This document shows, piece by piece, positions 23,362-34,852 of a stretch of 64,000 nt of DNA. A program made the position numbers and the translations under genes. The DNA is taken from the NCBI GenBank assembly GCA_032718475.1, contig JAUCBJ010008794.1, forward strand, positions 76,188-140,187, in the 5' to 3' direction. This DNA is from Nemertoderma westbladi. Lineage: Eukaryota > Animalia > Xenacoelomorpha. The notes beneath the pieces were generated by a model. That model saw nothing but the letters and a program-made list of their open reading frames with translations, made no database searches and was not told the origin of the DNA. How positions within the stretch are numbered: position 1 is the stretch's first letter; each line of letters starts with the position of its first letter.

Positions 23362-24682
23362 CTGTTTAGAGTATTTTTGTATTTTAGAAACTGTGATTTT
23401 GTATATTTTATAGACTTAAATCCCATTTTCTGGGAGCGGTGTAAAAGCTTTTGTGGGATAACTGATACGTTTGCCTTTGCTGGCCAGTTCCCCCCCAGGC
23501 GCTGGAATACTCTAAAAGGGTTCTCGGACTGTATATATATTCCCCTCGCCCGCAAGGTACCTTTACAGGTGTTTTAACGGACATAAAAGTAATTCTGCTA
23601 TATACGTGTTTTAGTGGACATGGTAAGGCAAAAAACCTGCAATGCACCAACTACCTTTCACAGCTTAGCCGTGATAATTCATATTACGACATCTAACAGC
23701 TGGTTGCTGACATGGAAACAGCCATTGGACGCACGGTTCTTTGTTTGGCTTGAGCCAATCAGAGCGATTTTTCCTGTCGACGTGTAGCTTTTTAGTCGAT
23801 CATAAGGAGAGTGTTCAGTCTTACTGTTTTTTCTTGATACTTTGTTGTTATTGCTGTCTAAGCCAGAAACACCGGCCTTTTGGGAAGAACTCTAGTAAAC
23901 TGCTTAAATTATCGAAAGTATAAACTGTTACCTACTCACTTACTCAATAAATCACTAATTAACATGCTCACTTAATTTAATTGCATTAATCATATTGTTT
24001 TTACTGTTATTTACTGTCAGTTATTAATTGTACCTATTTGTTGATGGAAATATTGCTATTTGGATAATACGGATAAATCACCCAATTCCCAATTTTCTTG
24101 ATAACACTACAGGTTAGAGAGACCGGCTATACATAACAATTGCGATTTATATTAATGTGGTGTGTATTGAATCCAATGTTATTTAGCAGACCCTACGTGA
24201 GTCAATTACTGCTCTCTTTATGTTTGATCAAATATACTGACTGTCGGCAGAATAGTGTGTATGATTGTGATTGGTAACAAAGTATTTCCTAAAGAATACG
24301 CTTTATACTTTAATCATAAGCAGTATCGTTGCGTTTAGTATAAGTCCTAGTTCTGTTTAAATAGATAAAGCGCCACGTCCTAAAGGAACTGTTAATATTT
24401 CCCGAAAGCCAATAATATCTGTCAGAGATTAATTATTAACGATCTATCGAATAATACATTAGGTATACACTGCAACCTTACACTGTAATAATAAAATTTA
24501 AGCATCCGAATTCAGTCTCCCGGGTGTAGATCCATCGGGTGAATGATCGCGCATGGGCTGATTTCGGCTAGTGTTTTGCGTATTAGCATAAAATATTGTC
24601 GTATGCTAAAGTGGTTTTAATTAACGAAAAGACATATAAATTTTGGCAGGTTAAACTGCTAAAGGTCTCAAAAGCGCGAACA
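21035..24682 (+). mobile_element. Copy of the BEL-associated LTR/terminus family carrying ORF B
   Basis: 23198-24682 is homologous to the reverse complement of 7082-8470 and ends aaagcgcgaaca at 24682. Confidence 0.8.
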
Positions 24683-26223
24683 GGAGCAGTTAGCTGGCGT
24701 TCACCCCTAACGTGTTAGTTAGGAAGCAGTTAGCTGGCGTTCACCCCTAACGTGTTAGTTAGGAAGCAGTTAGCTGGCGTTCACCCCTAACGTGTTAGTT
24801 AGGAAGCAGTTAGCAGGCGTTCACCCCCAACGTGTTAGTTAGGGAGCAGTTAGCTGGCGTTCACCCCTAACGTGTTAGTTAGGAAGCAGTTAGCAGGCGT
24901 TCACCCCCAACGTGTTAGTTAGGAAGCAGTTAGCTGGCGTTCACCCCTAACGTGTTAGTTAGGAAGTAGTTAGCTGGCGTTCACCCCTAACGTGTTAGTT
25001 AGGAAGGAGTTAGCAGGCGTTCACCCCCAACGTGTTAGTTAGGAAGCAGTTAGCAGGCGTTCACCCCCAACGTGTTAGTTAGGGAGCAGTTAGCTGGCGT
25101 TCACCCCTAACGTGTTAGTTAGGAAGCAGTTAGCAGGCGTTTACCCCCAACGTGTTAGTTAGGGAGCAGTTAGCTGGCGTTCACCCCTAACGTGTTAGTT
25201 AGGAAGCAGTTAGCAGGCGTTCACCCCCAACGTGTTAGTTAGGAAGCAGTTAGCTGGCGTTCACCCCTAACGTGTTAGTTAGGAAGCAGTTAGCTGGCGT
25301 TCACCACTAACGTGTTAGTTAGGAAGCAGTTAGCTGGCGTTCACCCCCAACGTGTTAGTTAGGGAGCAGTTAGCTGGCGTTCACCCCCATCGTGTTAGTT
25401 AAGGAGCAGTTAGCTGGCGTTCACCCCTAACGTGTTAGTTAGGAAGCAGTTAGCAGGCGTTCACCCCTAACGTGTTAGTTAGGGAGCAGTTAGCTGGCGT
25501 TCACCCCTAACGTGTTAGTTAGGAAGCAGTTAGCTGGCGTTCACCCCTAACGTGTTAGTTAAGAAGCAGTTAGCTGGCGTTTACCCCTAACGTGTTAGTT
25601 AGGAAGCAGTTAGCTGGCGTTCACCCCTAACGTGTTAGTTAGGAAGCATTTAGCTGGCGTTCACCCCTAACGTGTTAGTTAGGAAGCAGTTAGCTGGCGT
25701 TCACCCCCAACGTGTTAGTTAGGAAGCAGTTAGCTGGCGTTCACCCCTAACGTGTTAGTTAGGAAGCAGTTAGCAGGCGTTCACCCCCAACGTGTTAGTT
25801 AGGGAGCAGTTAGCTGGCGTTCACCCATAACGTGATAGTTAGGAAGCAGTTAGCAGGCGTTCACCCCCAACGTGTTAGTTAGGGAGCAGTTAGCTGGCGT
25901 TCACCCCTAACGTGTTAGTTAGGAAACAGTTAGCTGGCGTTCACCCCCAACGTGTTAGTTAGGAAGCAGTTAGCTGGCGTTCACCCATAACGTGTTAGTT
26001 AGGAAGCAGTTAGCTGGCGTTCACCCCTAACGTGTTAGTTAGGAAGCAGTTAGCAGGCGTTCACCCCCAACGTGTTAGTTAGGAAGCAGTTAGCTGGCGT
26101 TCACCCCTAACGTGTTAGTTAGGAAGCAGTTAGCTGGCGTTCACCCCTAACGTGTTAGTTAGGAAGCAGTTAGCTGGCGTTCACCCCCAACATGTTAGTT
26201 AGGGAGCAGTTAGCTGGCGTTCA
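24683..26223. repeat. 40-bp tandem repeat, ~38 copies
   Basis: Unit gg[a/g]agcagttagctggcgttcacccc[t/c]aacgtgttagtta. Confidence 0.97.
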
Positions 26224-29200
26224 GTCCCGCGGTCTTTGATAGCATCAATAGTGACGCCGTGCTCTCCTGTGTACTCCACTCCCACGGTTCCCCAGGTCCC
26301 TCCGGCCTCGATGCAGACGCCTGGCGACGCGCCATGACAGCCTTCGGTAATGTATCCTGCGACCTTAGGAAGGCCGTGGCAGGGGTAGCGAGGCGTTTGG
26401 CGACGGAACTCATCGACTCCGCGAGTTTACTTCCCTACAACGCGAGTCGGTTAGTGCCACTCGATAAACAACCAGGGGTTCGACCAATTGGTGTGGGCGA
26501 GGTATTACGGAGGATTATTGGGAAGGTGGTCGGGAGGATAGCGAAGTTCGACCTTGGTGAGCTGGCGGGTAACACCCAACTGTGTGCGGGGCAAGTCGGT
26601 GGTATAGAACACGCTGTGCATGCCCTACGGGAACACTTTGAACAGCCTGAATGCGACGGCCTCCTTTTGATTGACGCAAAGAATGCGTTCAACGCCTTGA
26701 ATCGCCGTTTAACCCTTCTGAACTGCCAGGTACTTTGTCCAGTTCTCTTCACCATCCTAACCAATTCCTATCGGGAACCGTCGCCGCTTTTCGTAGGAAA
26801 TGACGTTATCTGGTCGCAAGAGGGGTCAACCCAAGGGGATTCTCTGGCGATGCAGATGTTTGCAGTCGGCACATTGCCAATGGTTAAGAAACTAGAACCT
26901 ATTCTTATGAATTGCCACACGTATGTGGCTTCCCCCGTCCAACCTTTGGGTTCCCCCCACCAACCTTCGGGTCCCCCCCTCAAACCGGCGGGTTTCCACA
27001 TCCAACCGGCGGTTCCCCCCCTCCAACCTCCGGATTCCCCCCTCCAACCGGTGGGCTCCCCATGCCAACCGGTGGGCTCCCCCCTCCAACCGGTGGGCCC
27101 CCCGCTCCAACCAGTGGGTTCCCCCCTCCAACCCTCGGTTTCCCCTCTCCAAAATTCGGGCTCCCCCCTCAAACCTTCGGGTTCCCCCCTCCAACCTTCG
27201 GATTCCCCCCTCAAACCTTCGGGCTCCCCCCTCGAATGGGCGGTTTCCCCCCTTCAACCATCGGGTTCCCCCCTCCAACCTTTGGGTTCCCCCCTCCAAA
27301 CTTCGGGCTCCCCCCTCAAACCTTTGGGTTCCCTCATCAAACCTACGGGTCCCCCGCTCCAACCGGCGGGTTCCACCCTCCAACCTTCGGGTCCCCACCC
27401 CCAACCGGTGGGTTCACCCCTCCAACCATCGGGTTCCCCCCTCCAATCCTCGGGTCCCCCCCTCCAACCATCAGGTCCCCTCCTTCAACTATCGGGTTCC
27501 CCCCTCCAACATTTGGGTTCCCCCCTCCAACTATCGGGTTCCCCCTTCCAATTTCCGGGTTCCCCCTTCCAACCTTTGGGTTCCCCCCTCCAACCTTCGG
27601 GTTCCCCCCTCCAACAGGCGGGTTCCCCCTTCCAACCGGTGGGTTCCCCCCTCCAACCGGAGGGTTCCCCCCTCCAACCGGTGGTTTCTCCCCTCCAACT
27701 GGCGGGTTCCCCCCTCCAACCAGGGGGTTCCCCCCTCCAACCTTCGGGTTCCCCCCTCCAACCGGCGGGTCCCCCCCAACAACCATTGGGTTCCCCCCTC
27801 CCAACGGCGGGATCCAAATTCCAACAGGCGGGTTCCCCCCTCCAACAGGCGGGTTGCCCCCTCCAACAGGCAGGTTCCCCCCTACAACCACAACCGGCGG
27901 TTTCCCCCCTACAACCGGCGGTCTCCTCCACCCAACCAGGGGTTTACCCAGACCGAGAGGCGGTTTCATCGGATCCGATGACCTTTCCGGGTATCCACAA
28001 GTGGTATGCGGATGATGGCAGCGCTGCTGGTAACCTCGGAATGCTACGTGACTATTGGGAGGAAGCGGCTACCATCGGGCCTGGCTATGGATATTACCCC
28101 ACAAAGGCATTTCTTATTGTGAAGAACTCAAAGCGCGAAGAGGCCAACGCGATTTTCTCTGGCCTCCCTGTTGAAGTGGTCGATGGTCATCGAGTCCTGG
28201 AGTCCGTAATAGGGTCCACATCCTACTGTGCTGGGTATCTGGAGAAGCGAGTTGATGTCATCTGTCGCCAACTAAAACACCTCAACGATTTCGCAGTGAC
28301 TGCTCCCCACCCCGCGTACGGATGCCTGGTCCGTGGCTTACAGCCGAAGGTAAACTTCTTGGCTCGCACCACACCCGGGTTAGTCGATCACTTGGATCGA
28401 GTTGAGGAAACACTCTCCAGCACAGTCATCCCGACACTCACTGGCAGATACCCACCCGGCCTTTCGGAACGACAGCTGCTGGCACTCCCTGTGAGGGAGG
28501 GGGGGCTAGCTATAAATCAACCTCAGGATGAGGTGGAAAGCTATGAGAAGTCGTTGCGACTCTGCGAGCCCCTACGGTGTTCGGACCCAGCCGCTCGTAC
28601 AACACAGCAGACCATCCTGCGTGAGATCCGCAAGGAGCAGGATGAGGTTGTGAAGACTCGATGTGTGGCGGTTGATGCTCAACTGTCCGGAGACGCCCTC
28701 TACCATCGGACACTGGCGAAGGAGCGTGGAGCGTTAGCATGGCTCTCGGCCCTACCCATTTCCAGATACAACTTTTCCCTACACAAATCCGCTTTCCGGG
28801 ATGCGTTGTGTCTGCGATTTGGGTGGGAGCCCCCGAGGCTGCCCGCCAACTGCTCCTGCGGTGCTGTATTCACCATCTCCCACTCCCTTCACTGCCCTAT
28901 GGGAGCCTACCCGATCCTGCGGCACAACGAGGTCCGCGATTTCCCCGCCGAGCTCCTCAGCGAGGTCGCACACGACGTTGAGGTGGAACCCCATCTCCAG
29001 CCGATCGAGGGCGAGTTTTCCGCCTGAGATCTGCTACGGTAGACCCGGAGGCCCGTCTGGACGTTGCGGCGAGTGGGCTGTGGGGTGGGCGCTTCGAGCG
29101 GGTGTATATCGACGTCAAGGTATTCAACCCTCTGTGCTCCTCCAATCCTCGCTCCATGGATGCTGCTTACAGCAAACATGAACGAGAGAAACGGAGGAAG

Positions 29201-29637
29201 TACGAGGAGAGAATCAATGACATCGAGCACGCCGGCTTCTCGCCTTTTGTAATTGCTACAACTGGTGGGGCCAGCCGCTCAGCCCACGCGCTCCTCACAC
29301 GCATTGCGCTCCTACTGTCGGCGAAACGGGATGCTCCCTACTCGCAGACTCTCTCCCTCATCAGGACTCGGTTGAGTTTCGCCCTCCTCCGTTCCTCCAT
29401 CATGTGCCTCCGGGGCGCACGGAAGCCGAAGGCTAGGCTGGCAACGAGACAGACGATGCGGGAGACCGGCGTGAGCGCGGCTGTAGCCGAGGCTGGGATT
29501 GCATTAAATAGTTTCAACAATAATTATTAATTACCTACAATTTGTTGACATTAATTCATTATGCTGCTTGTTTGTTAATGTTTATTTTATTTGTAATTGA
29601 AATAAAGAAAAGGAAAAAAAAAAAAAAAAAAAAAAAA
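26190..29637 (+). mobile_element. CRE-like non-LTR retrotransposon (RT, zinc finger, restriction-like endonuclease), 5'-truncated, with poly(A) tail
   Basis: GPSGLDADAWRR, GVRPIGVGEVLRRI, IDAKNAFN, QGDSLAM, WYADD; CSCG..HSLHC..RHNEVRD; after a frameshift near 29020, ARLDV..IDVKV..EREKRRKY..FSPFVIATTGG. AATAAA at 29601, A-run 29614-29637. Confidence 0.88.
26928..27945 (+). repeat. 21-bp in-frame minisatellite, ~48 units, encoding (GSPLQPx)n inside RT
   Basis: Unit ggttcccccctccaacc[t/g]nnn; frame stays open through ORF 26259-29027. Confidence 0.95.
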
Positions 29638-30352
29638 TGTATTCCTGACAAACAAGTATGTCAGTGCATTACTTGGCCACAGTGATGAGCTACAAATTGC
29701 ACATGGAGCCTTGTATGTATTACAAGTTCACTGCCTGTAACAGTGTTTGCCATAACACTGCAATGTTACAAAATTTGTAACTCCTAACTGCAAACATAAT
29801 ACTTATTCCTTACATTTTTATTTTCTCGAGCTTGGTTTCTCCTTATTTATGAGTGTGTAAATAGTGTCTAAATAGATAAATATACCCCTGCGTGTTAATT
29901 CATTATTGTTGCTATGTAAAACATCTGTCGTTAAGATAAATAGTGTTCTAGAAAAAATTGCTCAATGCGGACTATGTGAAATATAACATAATTTCAAATG
30001 GTTTATACCAGTTAACACTTTCAGCAAAAAAACTGCAGTCATACCCAATTTGAACGGTGGTCGGTACTGTCTACTTGACTATTATGTTTAATGGATTAAA
30101 CTTAAAGTAGATAAGTGGAACTTACCTAAATTAGTTAAATTAAGTATTTATGCAACTAACTTAGATGCTGACGTATAATTTTATGTCGAAAAATGATGAA
30201 AATGATGAAAAAGATCAAGCATCAAGATCAGTGATCAAGATGCGAATTTTATATAACATTGTGGCCTTTTGATGTTGTGATGCTGACTAAGATACGATAA
30301 TAACATGGTTTGTTTATCAAATCAACGTTTCTACAATATTATTGTGAGATAT

Positions 30353-32052
30353 TTAATAAGATAGGGCAATGATTACACCAAATATTAACCCACATGACTG
30401 CAATAAGGTTGATATTGCAGAAAAACCTGAGTGAGATGTAAAGACTGGCGATCCTGCGTTTATACCAATTCCATTCTCATTTTTTTGCGAAATATCTGCA
30501 CTTTCAATGACTTCTTGTTCCTTGTCTGCAGTCTCACTGACTTCGTTTGCCTTAACTTCAGTTTCAATGATTTCGTGAATATCATCTGCAGTCTCACTGG
30601 CATCAGTTGTAGAAACAAGCGAGGGTTTAATTGTTGGATTTTTTAATTGTGGAACATCAGAAGAAGTTGATTGTGAATCTGAGTGATTGTCATCCATCCC
30701 ATTTTGGTATAGTTTTCGTAGAACCCCTTCAGGGAGTTCTCTAGTCCCGTGCATCTGTACACTCCAGTCCCTGAGCGCGACATCTCCTCGTGGGTTATCC
30801 TTGGACGTGATTGTTAATGTCCACCTCCCGGAAGGGTTCTCGCCCCAGTTGTGGGTCGTCATAAAGGGCCATCTGATGAACCCCCTATTCGTGGAGTCAG
30901 CCGACCTGTAACCTAGCAACTCGGACCGCGTACCTCGCGGGGAATCGAGGAAGATTCGTAAGTTCCCTCGTTTAGGCGCATCCACTGTAACTAAGCTCTG
31001 TACGTGTTCTAGAAACCGGACCTGACCACTCTCGGCGTTCTGACACCCGTCGGTGTCGATGTAGAACCTCATCGATTTTCCCGCAGGGAACCGACGCGTG
31101 TCGTTGTTCCACCTCTCGCTGCATACCCGTTTCCCTGGCAACGTCATCCACGTCTGCGCCAACTCGACCATAGCTTTAGCGTCGACCAATCCGTAGCCGT
31201 AATTATTACTCACCCATCGTCCGACCCCATTCAACTTCCAGTCCCCTGTAGAGAGATGCCGTCGCCGAGAGGTTAGCATTATGATGTACTGCATATCGCG
31301 CCAGGTGAGACTGGGGTTGGCCTCTAGGGTGAGGGCGCAGACGCCAGCGACCAGAGGTGCAGCCGCCGAGGTGCCGGAATGACCGGAAGTGCACCCGTTG
31401 CGGAGATCCGTGGTAACGATTCGTCCTTCACGGTGGTTGCCGCTGCTGTACGCGGTCGCCAGCGTCGAACTGCACGGCTCGCTGTAATACGGGACCCGAC
31501 CTTCTTCCGACGCGGCGCTGATACTAATAGTGTAGATACTCGCAGTGTAACCATCGCAACTGCATTCGTCGCCTCTTCCTCTTCCGTTCCCGGACGCCCA
31601 CACGAATATGGAACCCAATCCGTGTCGACCCCGACTAGCTCCCTCGGAGAGCGCCAACCTCGCCGCCCGATCCGGCCCTTCCACCACCCGGCCGTCGTCC
31701 TCCGGCCCCCAGCTCGACGAGTAAACGTCCACGTGCTGCCGCTTGTACCCCAACGCGAAGGCCTCAACCGCGTCCGTTACTTCCCCGTCCAACATCTGTA
31801 AGCCGCCGATTCGCGAGCGGAACGCCACCCCGATGGAACAGACTCCGTTGCCGCCCACCGCCGCCACCTCCCCAGCGCACCGAGTTCCATGACGGTTCTC
31901 GTACTGGTTGCCTGACAACCGGTTGTACCTGGGGGTTGGGTCGTGATCAGAGTTGATGACGTCATAGCTGGCCTTCGGGTCGTAATTCGCGGCGAGGTCT
32001 CGATGTTTACTTTCTATTCCGTCATCGAGAATTGAAACAACAACTCCTTTAC
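30353..32052 (-). CDS. Furin-like proprotein convertase, coding exon 2 (S8 catalytic domain, P domain, stalk, hydrophobic tail)
   Basis: Acceptor ttcctgcag|GT at 32053/32052; KGVVVSILDDGIE, NRHGTRCAGEV, WASGNG, CDGYTASIYT, GTSAAAP, FLEHVQ, WPFMTTHNWGENPSG. Triad and oxyanion Asn intact. Confidence 0.96.
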
Positions 32053-32812
32053 CTGCAGGAATGTAATTTGTAATTTATAAATGTATTCTTCTAACAGTTC
32101 TAAACAAACAAAATTTTAGTTTAAATTTCATTTTAACTTTAAATTTACCTGGTGCAGATGTAACAATTTAAATCTCGGTAGGTCTTGATTTCAAAACTGA
32201 AAGTATATAATATCCTTATACGGTACATAATCAGATGGGGGGGGGGGGGGGGGGGTCTCTTTAACGCAATTTACAGGTGATTGCACCCAAAATTGAAACT
32301 GTGCTATTGTCTTTCGGTTATAATTTTGGTTAGAAATGTCACTGTAAGTTGTTTCTTTCCCTTAGTAGATATTTAACATTGTTAATTCACCGATAAAAGA
32401 TTTTACTTGCATGGGCAATTGCATTCCATAATCGAGAAACCGCTTCATTGGAGAGCCAACGAGTATTCCAACATTTCCTAGAGAATGTAGCTTAAAGCCT
32501 GAGTAATACTTTTGTGGCCTCTACAATTGTTTCTCTGCGGCACACTTTGATACTTGTTCCGAGGAAGGAAAGTTATCGGCTCGGCGTGATCAGGGTACCA
32601 TTTATGTTTAAAAACGGCGGTATGATGTCAAGTTACTGCTCTTGTTTCCCAAAATAAATGACCATTCGGTTTTTGTAGGTGAAATATTTGATCTTATTTA
32701 GTTCCTCGATGACAATATCCAGCATAACTTACATCTCCGTGGCGTTCCGTGCAATAAGCATGATGTATTCTGCGTAACAGAGAAAGCCCAGCCAGATAAC
32801 TTTGTTATACTA

Positions 32813-33386
32813 TGTAACTCTACTATGTGGATTGTTTAATCCGATTCTAGAATATGGACTATAAATATTTTGATTAATACAACCCGGGTGGGTTAACTCG
32901 AGTACCACTATCTGGCTGAATGGATTTCGTATTATCTACGCATAATTGTATAATTATCGTGCAATTGATTAATTTGTTAAACGCAAGGTCATTGACCAAT
33001 GACCATATGCATTGTAATATATATAACATGTTATTGTATTGTGTTGTAACACGTTTAACCTCACATACCGATTCATTGCGGTTATTCCTGATTACAAATC
33101 AGCAATGAATTTGATTTCGTTTGAAATGTTGGATCTGTATGGCCGTTGGCCTACTTTTATTTTGTGCATAACTGATTAAATAGTTTTAACTCCATGTCCA
33201 TGTAACCTAGGTTACATTTAGTCTAATACTAGTACCCTCAAGGTAATTTTTAGCCGGACTATTATACAAGTTTTATAAGTCTTATTGGTATCTGTATAAC
33301 CTTTAGCTATGGACAGTGTTTCTGGTTATTTTAATGTTTTATCTGCCAATTTTACTGAATAAATGCCGGCTAGACCGGGCGCAACA
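32813..33386 (+). mobile_element. ~570-bp insertion in the LINE RT, possible solo LTR
   Basis: Lies between the RT QG and YADD regions; begins TGTAAC, ends AATAAA..GCAACA. No TSD found. Confidence 0.35.
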
Positions 33387-33476
33387 AGTTAATAAAAAAA
33401 TTATTGTCCCATGGCCAGTTTTATCGAGCGTCAGTAGGACATTGTTTGTATAAACCAGGAATAAAAATGGCGAAAG

Positions 33477-33588
33477 AATCTAGCCCTGTTTCACACCCTT
33501 AGTGAATCTAGCCCTGTTTCACACCCTTAGTGAATCTAGCCCTGTTTCACACCCTTAGTGAATCTAGCCCTGTTTCACACCCTTAGTT
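33477..33588. repeat. 28-bp tandem repeat, 4 copies, of the RT TKGVKQG codons
   Basis: tagccctgtttcacacccttagtgaatc at 33481, 33509, 33537 and 33565. Confidence 0.95.
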
Positions 33589-33910
33589 AGAATAATTCCT
33601 TGGTGACTTATTAGTAGGTCGAAATTCAAGTAAGCGCATGTATTAGAATAATAATGAGCTAGAAGAAGCCAGATGTTGGGGTTCAGGACCTCCTTCAGTT
33701 TGTCGAACAGGATGGTAGAGTCAACCCTGTCGAAAGCAGCAGTCATGTCGAACCGGCATAAGATAGCAGTAGTCTGACCTTGTTGCCTCTGTTCTTCCAG
33801 GACTTCGAGAAGACCACTCTGTGTTTGTATGTGGAAGGAATGAACTCCGTTGGTTGACTAAAATTGGTTTGGCAGCTTGGTCTGGACATTGGTTGTTGTA
33901 AAACACTTTA

Positions 33911-34852
33911 TAGGCGAGTCAATCTAGCCGAAAAAAGGGGTCAACCCATAACAAATTCGCAATTCATCCAAACCAATTTATTTTTATTCTACATTACCTT
34001 GTTAATACCCCCAAAAAAGTCTATAAAAATATATTATGCGGATCCCCTTCAATTTCCTGTTTCTTTCCTTAGCAACATGGATTTTACATAGCAACAAGGG
34101 GTCTATTAGTGGGATTTTCTCCAAATTTGGTACAAACAAACGCTAGAAGACGGGAAGCAACGGAAATTTGTCTAATAATTTAACCATTTTTAATATCAAT
34201 TTTGCTGGTACAATATAAGGACCTTATTTACACAACTTCTCTACTAAACGGGTGGATGTAACCTCGCCCATCGGATTTATCGACCTCAAAAACCTGTATC
34301 CCCAAAAAATTTATTTGTTATAAAATAAACTATTGTGGTTTTCAAACTAAAACAAATAAATAAATTACACCTAAAATCAATAGAGCAATCACAATTTAAT
34401 TATGTGAAAAATCTTCACTAACATTAATGGAAATTATAAAATTTCCTTGCTGTGGAATTGTATAATTTTTTTACAACAGTTACCTTAATATATCGTGAAG
34501 TTTTTGATATATTTAAAAATTTGATGCGACTTCTAGTTCCGAGATATACCAATTAATGTGTAACACGCCAGTGTAAATATTACTAATTTTACATTGAATC
34601 ACAGCTTATTGTGAAATTAATCAAATTATTCTGGAACATCACCAATTTGCTACTTACTTTTCCCTACTGTTCCATTTGTTTGGCTTGTCTTATGCAAATT
34701 TACGCAGAATTTCCATGAATAAACATATGATCCGCAAAATAAACTTTTATAGACTTTTTTTTGGTAATTAATAAGGTAATATAGAATCCAAAATGTGTGG
34801 TTCGGATTGATTGCGAAATACTTATGGGTTTTTTGCTAGATTGACTCGACTA
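33911..34852. mobile_element. Non-autonomous TIR DNA transposon (942 bp) with TTA target-site duplication
   Basis: Ends TAG[G/T]CGAGTCAATCTAGC, imperfect inverted match ~140 bp; TTA at 33908-33910 and 34853-34855. Removing it restores the LINE frame ILAKVFYN. TAG ends with a 3-bp TSD suggest Academ; a TTA TSD also fits PIF/Harbinger. Confidence 0.88.

Noticed and set aside
24683-26223. CRISPR-like appearance of the tandem arrays
   Set aside because: No unique spacers, no cas genes, eukaryotic context.
26768-28015. Alternative-frame and antisense Pro/Gly-rich ORFs; resemblance to the Pol II CTD heptad
   Set aside because: By-products of the 21-bp repeat; only the SP dipeptide matches YSPTSPS.
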